Shown one piece after another: positions 29,251 through 36,464 of a DNA stretch of 62,615 bases. Location of the stretch: positions 1-62,615 of the forward strand of contig JAGOSK010000003.1 of NCBI GenBank assembly GCA_018062305.1, written 5' to 3'. Source of the stretch: Minisyncoccota bacterium. GTDB taxonomy: Bacteria; Patescibacteriota; Minisyncoccia; Phycocordibacterales; CAIZLB01. The notes beneath the pieces were generated by a model. That model made no database searches. It saw nothing but the letters and a program-made list of their open reading frames with translations, and was not told the origin of the DNA. Each line of letters starts with the position of its first letter. Positions within the stretch are counted from its first letter, which is position 1. The position numbers were made by a program, and so were the translations under genes.

Positions 29251-29364
29251 ATGCCTAAACGAATCAACGCTCGACTCAAGACATCGAGATCAAAGAAAAC
29301 AAAGAAACGCCTTGCTACTAAGCATGCTCGAAACGCTGTTCGAGATGCAAAGAAGAAAAAGTAA
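29251..29364 (+). CDS. Candidate 37-aa highly basic peptide
   Basis: Below the track's length cutoff. ATG 29251 to TAA 29362-29364 translates to MPKRINARLKTSRSKKTKKRLATKHARNAVRDAKKKK. Confidence 0.3.
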   Translation: MPKRINARLKTSRSKKTKKRLATKHARNAVRDAKKKK

Positions 29365-29448
29365 TTTTCTCTTATAAACTGGGTAGTCTGAAGACGGTTG
29401 GATGAAAATTCCAGCTGTCTTTTTGTGTAAATGTCGTTTTTTACGACT

Positions 29449-30045
29449 TTATTTCATCAATCCCTCAAGCACTCCATCCGGCGTTACCTTCAAGAGCAAA
29501 ACTGCTCCAACACTAGGTTCTGCACTCATCGGCTCTCCTTTTCTTCTTTCTGCAAAATTTACATGTAGCTCCTTAGCATCTTCCTGTATCTCCGTCGATT
29601 GTGGCGCAATCCTGTCACCTACAAAAAAGGTGTTCGTGAGCTGATATCCTTTTGGAGTTCGCAGAGCTACAACTACGTAGTAAAACAATCCTGTTCCACC
29701 GCCATCCTGCGTTATTAAAAAGGCTGCGTCATTATCATCATCGCCGTCAACATCACCATATGCCTCATTTCCAAAATATCGAGTAGTGGTTTTCGAGCTA
29801 GATCCAGGTGCACTTTCAACTTCGCTGATACCGTTTACTAGAGTCACTGACTGACCGTCGATAACATAAGTAGCATTCTTCGGATCAAAAGTGTACAGCT
29901 TAGGTTGTGTATTAAACACACCAGAATCGCTATTCATATCGACAATAGTTCGTGGATAGAAAAAATATAACAATGCTCCGACGCATGCGATGCATACCAA
30001 GAGTGCAAATATTTTAACGTTTTTTTGTTGGTATATTGGGTACAT
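29449..30045 (-). CDS. Hypothetical secreted or anchored protein
   Basis: N-terminal TM (IFALLVCIACVGALLYFF). No motif. Confidence 0.5.
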   Translation of the reverse strand: MYPIYQQKNVKIFALLVCIACVGALLYFFYPRTIVDMNSDSGVFNTQPKLYTFDPKNATYVIDGQSVTLVNGISEVESAPGSSSKTTTRYFGNEAYGDVDGDDDNDAAFLITQDGGGTGLFYYVVVALRTPKGYQLTNTFFVGDRIAPQSTEIQEDAKELHVNFAERRKGEPMSAEPSVGAVLLLKVTPDGVLEGLMK

Positions 30046-30188
30046 CTAAATGTGTATGTATATCCGCTATTATATCATCAAGTTTGTGATTACTCTTCAC
30101 ATCAGGACTTATTGCAGCGACTCTCGCTGTAGCAGTAGTACCTGCACTCGCTTCTGCTGACACACTCTACCGACAGCTTCAGTTTGGT

Positions 30189-30728
30189 ATGCGAGGTAAC
30201 GACGTATCATCACTCCAGACTTTTCTTGCGACTGACAATACAATTTACCCACAAGGACTTGTAACAGGATACTTCGGTGGACTTACAAAATCTGCTGTTT
30301 CAAACTTCCAAGTTCGAAATGGTCTCCCAGGAGTAGGACGAGTAGGACCAGCGACACTTCCTGTTATCAACGCCCAGATGAATGCTGGTATGAACACTGG
30401 TGGCGCAACTGTAGGTGGACGATCAGCTTCTATCTCAAACGTTAGTGTAGCAATCAATGGAAGAATCCCAACAGTGACATGGAACACTGATGAGCTTACA
30501 AAGGGTGTTGTCTACTATAGTTCAACTCCACTTACTGCATACGAACGAGAAAATGCAGTTGATATCAATGGCGCTTCAATTATGACAGACGCAAACTTCC
30601 GAGGCTCACAAAGTGTTTCAATTCCAAACCTTGCATCAAATACAACATATTACTATATGCTCTATACAACTGATCAGGACGGAAATGTAAGTGTTACAAC
30701 ACAGAAGACTTTCCAGACTTCAAACTAG
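30189..30728 (+). CDS. Peptidoglycan-binding-domain protein with FN3-like C-terminus; 5' end unresolved
   Basis: NDVSSLQTFLATD...LTKSAVSNFQVRNGLPGVGRVGPAT. A signal-peptide-like sequence is encoded in frame upstream of the first ATG (see findings). Confidence 0.7.
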   Translation: MRGNDVSSLQTFLATDNTIYPQGLVTGYFGGLTKSAVSNFQVRNGLPGVGRVGPATLPVINAQMNAGMNTGGATVGGRSASISNVSVAINGRIPTVTWNTDELTKGVVYYSSTPLTAYERENAVDINGASIMTDANFRGSQSVSIPNLASNTTYYYMLYTTDQDGNVSVTTQKTFQTSN

Positions 30729-30800
30729 TTTTAGTTACGATAGATTCGCAAAAGTTGCAAAAGTATTCGTAAAGATTGAAACTACGAGGTTCATAAAATC

Positions 30801-30832
30801 AAAAGACACTGCCTTAATTGGTAGTGTTTTTT
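30801..30832. terminator. Bidirectional intrinsic terminator
   Basis: AAAAGACACTGCC-ttaatt-GGTAGTGTTTTTT between convergent genes. Confidence 0.65.
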
Positions 30833-30833
30833 G

Positions 30834-31523
30834 TTAAACCCCCTTATCAGTCCCCTTCCATTCTGTTATATTTCCAGCTTTTAATTCCATAGCATCTGCC
30901 CGGCGGAGATGTTTCCTATTTTTTGTAGGGTACATTTTGTGATGAGGTGAAGTGTCGATCGTATCAGCAAGCCAAAATAAATCATCGATTCCAGATATCC
31001 AATCTTTAATTTGTCTTGTCTTATCTTTTTTGAGATTAAATTTAAGATCAAAAACTGCGTAACTTTCAAGAATCTTTTCACCAGTTTTTACGTGTATATA
31101 TTCGTGGAAATATGAAAGAGCAAGCTCTCGTACATTCAAATATACAGGGTCACGGAATCGGAGAGTTGCGTGATTTGTCTTACTTATCGCTCCCCACCTT
31201 CCACCAATTTTATATAGCGCTACAATATGATCATCGCCAGTAAATGATTTTAAATCTAGTATAAGTGGTTGCTTACCATGTATCCACAAAGCGAGAGCTG
31301 CTACAAGCGCACCTTCTAGGCAATGTGCCTTCCCCGCCTTCAATGTTCGTTCTACAGACATATAGGTCTCATTTCCATGCTCCCAATTGAGAGGAAGTGT
31401 ATCGAGAAAGTCTTGAATCTTTTTAGGAGTACTTAGGCGTTGCAGAACTTTAAAATTTTGCAACGAGAGTCCATAGGTGCCACAGATTTTTTCACTCATA
31501 TTCATTGTATATATATGATACAA
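30834..31523 (-). CDS. Transglutaminase-like cysteine-peptidase-fold protein
   Basis: Candidate Cys/His/Asp arrangement (KAHCLEGALVAA ... GDDHIVALY ...). The start may be internal (MSEKICG). Confidence 0.45.
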   Translation of the reverse strand: MYHIYTMNMSEKICGTYGLSLQNFKVLQRLSTPKKIQDFLDTLPLNWEHGNETYMSVERTLKAGKAHCLEGALVAALALWIHGKQPLILDLKSFTGDDHIVALYKIGGRWGAISKTNHATLRFRDPVYLNVRELALSYFHEYIHVKTGEKILESYAVFDLKFNLKKDKTRQIKDWISGIDDLFWLADTIDTSPHHKMYPTKNRKHLRRADAMELKAGNITEWKGTDKGV

Positions 31524-31999
31524 TCATGCACATGAAAAAACCAGAAGTTAAGACTACTAAGAAAGAAACGGAAAAGTTAAAAACTGTCAGCAAAAAGAGA
31601 AAATCTAAATATGACATTAGTGGTCACAAAGTACGAGTTGGGCGATCATCAGCAGGACTTGGGCTATATGCAGCAGAGGACATGCCAAAAGGTGTTTGTT
31701 TTATAGAGTACGTTGGACGAGTTATAAAGGGTGAGGAAGAATATACAAGCACAAGTAAATATTTGTTTGAAGTCCACGCGAGAAAAACTATTGATGGACG
31801 AGATCGAGCCAATACCGCACGATATATAAACCATTCATGTAAACCAAATGCAGAACCTGAAACGCACAAAGGGCGTGTATTTATTTTTACATCAAAAAAG
31901 ATAAAAGCTGGTGAAGAGATTTGCTATGACTATGGAAAAGAATATTGGGATGATCACATCAAACCACTTGGTTGCAGATGTGTAGGGTGTAAAAAGTAA
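31505..31999 (+). CDS. SET-domain protein-lysine methyltransferase-like protein
   Basis: GLGLYAAEDMPKG, RYINHSCKPN, EEICYDYG and a post-SET-like CRCVGC. Confidence 0.8.
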   Translation: MYIYDTIMHMKKPEVKTTKKETEKLKTVSKKRKSKYDISGHKVRVGRSSAGLGLYAAEDMPKGVCFIEYVGRVIKGEEEYTSTSKYLFEVHARKTIDGRDRANTARYINHSCKPNAEPETHKGRVFIFTSKKIKAGEEICYDYGKEYWDDHIKPLGCRCVGCKK

Positions 32000-32002
32000 G
32001 AA

Positions 32003-32938
32003 TTAAAATATCAAAAGCAAATACTCATCAATCACCCGCTGGTCCAGATCGTAGAAATTTTTACCTTCCCTCTTCAGTCGACTTGCTAAATCTATACCAA
32101 CATATCTCCAGTGCCATGGTTCATATATATAATATGTGTTCCCCTTCGGATATGACATAATAAAGCCATACAAATGCGCATTATTTACTAGCCATGTGAA
32201 TTCTGGAGTAGTATCAAAACCGTTCAAAACTGCGCCTATTTTAGGTGTAGTGAAATCGAGAGTTGTGCCAAGTTGATGTTCTGAATATCCCTGCTCCGCA
32301 GAAAACTTATTTGCAGTTCCAGCACCATAGGTAACCTTATAGTTTGCTTTGAGTGAACCCTGTGTTCCATACGAACGATATGCCGAAGCCACTAACAGAT
32401 GTATACCCTGTGATTTCGCCGTCTTTAGCATATTATCTAATGTAGTCGCAACATTTGCATGTACTTGATATTTTGTTTCTTGATTTAATGAAAATTCGGA
32501 AGGCACAGTTGCTAAACTCGGAGGTATATAATGCTCATTTAAAAAGAAAATCTTTGAATATTTTTGTAATAATTCTGGATCAGTTTTGCTTAACTTATCA
32601 AGTGAACCAATAGTACTTGCAACTTTTCCTACCTGTTCTTGAATGACCTCATTTTTGCTTTTTTCATTTTGAACAACGCCGGTGAGCGCTATACTTTCAT
32701 TACTTAAAGTGTCTATTTTTGATATCAACGCAGTCAACATCGTATGCATTTCACTACTACTCGCAGCGAAAGATGCAATTTGGTTTGTAAAATCTATCTG
32801 TTTTACAGTAACTACTTTTTTGAGTTCAAGATATCGGTATTCTGACCAAGCTACAATAGCAATAAGCACAACAAACCCAGTGACGGTCACGCCAATGTGC
32901 TTTCGTATTATTTCTGCTAATGAAGTCTTTCTTTCCAT
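32003..32938 (-). CDS. D-alanyl-D-alanine carboxypeptidase, VanY/M15B family
   Basis: TM anchor plus coiled coil. ASAYRSYGTQ, SEHQLGTTLDF, EPWHWRYVG. Confidence 0.8.
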   Translation of the reverse strand: MERKTSLAEIIRKHIGVTVTGFVVLIAIVAWSEYRYLELKKVVTVKQIDFTNQIASFAASSSEMHTMLTALISKIDTLSNESIALTGVVQNEKSKNEVIQEQVGKVASTIGSLDKLSKTDPELLQKYSKIFFLNEHYIPPSLATVPSEFSLNQETKYQVHANVATTLDNMLKTAKSQGIHLLVASAYRSYGTQGSLKANYKVTYGAGTANKFSAEQGYSEHQLGTTLDFTTPKIGAVLNGFDTTPEFTWLVNNAHLYGFIMSYPKGNTYYIYEPWHWRYVGIDLASRLKREGKNFYDLDQRVIDEYLLLIF

Positions 32939-32973
32939 ATGTGCTCTATAATAGCACGAACACTTTTAGCTCA

Positions 32974-34419
32974 CTATCTCGTCACTCGATATGAAGCCAC
33001 GTATTCGTTAGTTGGGATACCACTCGGCCTTGCCTGTGGAGAAACACCTGCCAACTGTATTGTGTACCCATCTACTACCACAACTGCCTGTGTATCACCT
33101 CCAGTATAGGATCCAGCCACAAGGTTTACTACCCTAATCATGTCACCACTTTGAATATGAGTCTCAATAACAGCTCTGCCCGATTGGAAACAATTGATAC
33201 CTACACCCACTGGGCAACGACTATCTTCGATTATACGAACTGGCTTGATTTGGATAGTGCCAGTACTTGTTGTACTTGTAGGAACAGAGATATTTGCTGT
33301 ATTCCCCACATATACACTGACGGTTTGATCAAATGATTGAGGAGTTGTTGGATCGATTGAAAGGAGAACAAAATTTACGCTATTACTTGTACCATTCTGG
33401 TTACTCACACTAATCGGATATGTTCCGGGCGGCATAACTACTTGTGCACAAGATGCTCCATTTGGACAAGGTGTAGCTGGGATAGTGAATTGCAGAGTTG
33501 TACCATTTGTAGATTCGACTCCAACAACAGCGCCTACTCTACCAGCGTAGTTTATAGAGTTATTGTATCGAGTAAAACCTGAACCTGTCACAGTGACTAC
33601 AGTTCCATAAATCCCCATGTTTGGAGAAATATGTGAAATTGATGGAGATTGTGTCTGGCTACTGCCTGTTACCTGAACTGAAGCTGAAGCCTCTGCTGTC
33701 AAACCATTTGAACCTCGTACATAAAATCGTGGGGTGTACACACCTGCTTGTGTATATGCGTGACTAAAGGTTGCAGATTGAACAAAGTTTACAGGAACTG
33801 AGAGTGGTGCGGAAGAATTTTGTGCATACTGAGATTCATCTCCCCAGACTACACGGTAACTCAATCCGCCGGAAGTTGTGTCAGTTGCTCGTACTGTCCA
33901 TGTACCCGTCTGATTTACGGACAAGACTGAAGGACTGTCGATACCATTTATAACAGGAGCACCACTCACCGGTGGCACTGTACCGTCACACGATACTCTT
34001 TGGATATGTGCTCGAGTCAGTGGACCAGCTAAACCTATCGCCAAGATGCCATTATCTCTTTGGAAATTTCTAACAGCAGAAAACGTCAAAGAGCCGTAGA
34101 AACCAGTAGGATTCACATACAAGTATCCACGTGCTTTAAGAAACGCTTGAAGTTTAGCTACATTATTTCCTGAAATAAAACGATCGGAAGCACCAAAATA
34201 AAGGTTGCTCGTAATAACTGTACAGTTTGCTGACACTGGAGGAAGAGTCGTCATTGACTGTGCCTGTGCCAAAGTCTGTGCTTCCGCTCGCCCGCCAACT
34301 CCAGCTACTCCTGGCATAAATACCAAGACAGCTGCAGCAATAAGAAACCCGAGCACTACTGCAGACGCTACTATTTCACCCAGGACAATCCTTAAAAAGT
34401 TTTTGTTATTCATATACAA
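32974..34419 (-). CDS. Secreted protein: peptidoglycan-binding domain plus PKD-like and IPT/TIG-like Ig domains
   Basis: Signal/TM; NNVAKLQAFLKARGY...AVRNFQRDNGI; WGDES..., and an IPT-like segment PSISHISPNMGIYGTVVTVTGSGF. Confidence 0.7.
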   Translation of the reverse strand: MYMNNKNFLRIVLGEIVASAVVLGFLIAAAVLVFMPGVAGVGGRAEAQTLAQAQSMTTLPPVSANCTVITSNLYFGASDRFISGNNVAKLQAFLKARGYLYVNPTGFYGSLTFSAVRNFQRDNGILAIGLAGPLTRAHIQRVSCDGTVPPVSGAPVINGIDSPSVLSVNQTGTWTVRATDTTSGGLSYRVVWGDESQYAQNSSAPLSVPVNFVQSATFSHAYTQAGVYTPRFYVRGSNGLTAEASASVQVTGSSQTQSPSISHISPNMGIYGTVVTVTGSGFTRYNNSINYAGRVGAVVGVESTNGTTLQFTIPATPCPNGASCAQVVMPPGTYPISVSNQNGTSNSVNFVLLSIDPTTPQSFDQTVSVYVGNTANISVPTSTTSTGTIQIKPVRIIEDSRCPVGVGINCFQSGRAVIETHIQSGDMIRVVNLVAGSYTGGDTQAVVVVDGYTIQLAGVSPQARPSGIPTNEYVASYRVTR

Positions 34420-34477
34420 GTTAAGACGCCTAGGATGTGGAATGATTACCGACCTACATCTCTGGCTGAATCAATCC

Positions 34478-34533
34478 AAACAAAAGCCCACCGTGCGATG
34501 GACTCCTGTATTAGGTTTCCGCCGTAAGGTGGG
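34478..34533 (-). terminator. Probable intrinsic terminator with a long loop
   Basis: On the minus strand: CCCACC-N35-GGTGGG followed by CTTTTGTTT. Lies downstream of 34595-35200. Confidence 0.4.
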
Positions 34534-34594
34534 TGTGTGAGATGTACTGTCGAGGTCAGTGACCTAGGACGTGTCAAAGTGATACAACAGCATA

Positions 34595-35200
34595 TCAGGC
34601 ATGAATCGGCAAAGTAAGAATCTGAAGAACGTCTGCATCGTCACCATCCTCATACATCACTCGAAGCACAAGGCATACCTCAATTTCGTCAGGGTACGGA
34701 TACACACTTCCATTGATTTCCCCCCGCTCTGGATCTTCGGCTTCAATTCGCCAACCTATACTTTCGTAGTATTCGATAAGAATCTCCCTCACTTCTTCAA
34801 GTGAAGGCTTATTCTCTCGAAATTTGAAACGCACAAAATCTGAAAGTGCATCATCCAACTGGTCAAATAGTGTCCCAACACTACGAGGAAGGTTAAGTTG
34901 CAGTTCTTTAACAAGTAGGATTTCCCCCGCATACGACTCGAACAAGAACTGTCCTAAAGTCCTTGTTTCTTCAATTCTTAGTGCTCTCTTTATTTTCGGC
35001 TTCGATTGCTGATGTAACAAATTAATCAACCGAAAAGAAGCGTATATTCCTGGCAGGAGGATTAAGCCTGCCACTGCCCAAGTAAAGATGAGGAATTCTG
35101 TGGAAGTTTCATCAGTGATAAATGGCAGGACATAACCATATACTGCGACAGCAATAATGATCCAAGTGGCCCAAAAAAATATCGACGTTCTGGTTTTCAT
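34595..35200 (-). CDS. Hypothetical membrane protein
   Basis: Two N-terminal TM helices. No motif. Confidence 0.45.
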   Translation of the reverse strand: MKTRTSIFFWATWIIIAVAVYGYVLPFITDETSTEFLIFTWAVAGLILLPGIYASFRLINLLHQQSKPKIKRALRIEETRTLGQFLFESYAGEILLVKELQLNLPRSVGTLFDQLDDALSDFVRFKFRENKPSLEEVREILIEYYESIGWRIEAEDPERGEINGSVYPYPDEIEVCLVLRVMYEDGDDADVLQILTLPIHA

Positions 35201-35436
35201 AGCTTTTTTTATTGTTTAGGTTAACTACACATGTCAGGGCACATAGACACAGTACGTCGCCAAAGCCCATTTCAAAGCCCGATCGAAATGCACTGAAATG
35301 TGTAGTTAGACTAGAGTATGTCAAAAGACTGCACTGCCGATACAGTACTGCTTTTCTCCTGATTCGTCAAAAGAACAGAAAAACCACCACCTCGCTACAG
35401 GATGCCAAAGTGTGGCTTCTGTGTTAAGTGTGATGG

Positions 35437-35937
35437 TTATAGATTTTTGAGATGCGCTAGGCTATGACGCATCTTTTCCAATATTTTGACCTCTACTACA
35501 GTCTCATTCTTGGCCTCATAATACTTAATGAGGTTTTCGAAGAAAAGCGAGCGGAAGTTGATGTAATCAACCATGACAAGTCCTCTTTCTCTTGCCAGGT
35601 CCAGCTCATACTGGAGAGATCGGAGGCAGATGTGACAGTCCTCTTCCTTGGTTGTGTTGCAAACGAGCTCATGAATGAGCCCTAACTCGCGGTATTCCTC
35701 AGGATAAGCTTCACTTATCGCCAAGACCTCACCGTTCATAATTGCAAAAACCTCTGGAGCTCCTTGATTGGTGGCAAGCGCAGACGCGACAACAGCATAC
35801 TCATGATCTTCATCGTCGTGGAAAAAGGTCGAATGTGTGATTACGAAGCTTTCCAGCCACGTGGGAATTTTTGTCTTCATGGTTTGAAAATATGGGGGTT
35901 TGTGGGGTGTTTTGATTAACTGCAAAATAAAATTCAC
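35437..35937 (-). CDS. Hypothetical protein
   Basis: ORF only. The likely start is the internal ATG at 35878-35880 (MKTKIPTWLESF). Confidence 0.4.
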   Translation of the reverse strand: MNFILQLIKTPHKPPYFQTMKTKIPTWLESFVITHSTFFHDDEDHEYAVVASALATNQGAPEVFAIMNGEVLAISEAYPEEYRELGLIHELVCNTTKEEDCHICLRSLQYELDLARERGLVMVDYINFRSLFFENLIKYYEAKNETVVEVKILEKMRHSLAHLKNL

Positions 35938-36155
35938 TAATTTAGCAGACTTTATTCTGCAGTTAAATATAAAAAGAACATGACATTTATATCACGTTCT
36001 TTTAATTTTGTCCAATTTGCTCCGCGTTGTTGATGAAATAACTACCTATTTTAAGACCACAAGTAACTACCATTATATCCCTAATTTGAAGGATGGGATC
36101 TATCCTTTGGTTCGGCCAACGAGTGAACAATTGGCTCTGGTGTAGAAATCCACAG

Positions 36156-36184
36156 TTGACTCATATACCCCCTAGGGGTATTAT
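36156..36184 (+). promoter_or_regulatory. csoR/copA promoter with an embedded CsoR-type operator
   Basis: TTGACT (36156-36161), 17-nt spacer, TATTAT (36179-36184). The spacer holds the GC-tract palindrome ATACCCC-CTA-GGGGTAT (36165-36181). The ATG lies only 8 nt after the -10. Confidence 0.7.
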
Positions 36185-36192
36185 ACCTATAT

Positions 36193-36459
36193 ATGAGACA
36201 AGATATAAAAACAAAGGCCATTCGCCGATTAAAAATTGTTGAGGGACAGATTAGAGGACTCCAAAAGATGGTGGAGGATGAGAAATATTGCATCGATATT
36301 ATCACTCAGGCATCAGCTATCAAAGAAGCACTCACAGGGATAGAGAACTTGGTGCTTGAAAATCATCTTTCCACACATGTGGTTCACCAGATGAAGCATG
36401 GAAGCGAAAAGAAAGCCGTCGATGAGATTCTTAAGGTTTATAAGCTCAAGCGCAAATAA
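36193..36459 (+). CDS. csoR: CsoR/RcnR/FrmR-family metal-sensing repressor
   Basis: AIRRLKIVEGQIRGLQKMVEDEKYCIDIITQASAIKEAL...ENHLSTHV (DUF156 pattern). Confidence 0.85.
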   Translation: MRQDIKTKAIRRLKIVEGQIRGLQKMVEDEKYCIDIITQASAIKEALTGIENLVLENHLSTHVVHQMKHGSEKKAVDEILKVYKLKRK

Positions 36460-36464
36460 AATAC

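Noticed and set aside
30087-30089. UGA read as a sense codon (code 25 or 4), which would extend the peptidoglycan-binding ORF upstream
   Set aside because: Dozens of full-length ORFs in the window (up to 920 aa, with intact conserved termini) are uninterrupted under the standard code. This is not expected if UGA were a frequent sense codon. A 1-nt indel explains the local pattern better.
36081-36305. 74-aa minus-strand ORF overlapping the csoR start and promoter
   Set aside because: It is antisense to a well-supported csoR gene and its promoter/operator, and has no motif.
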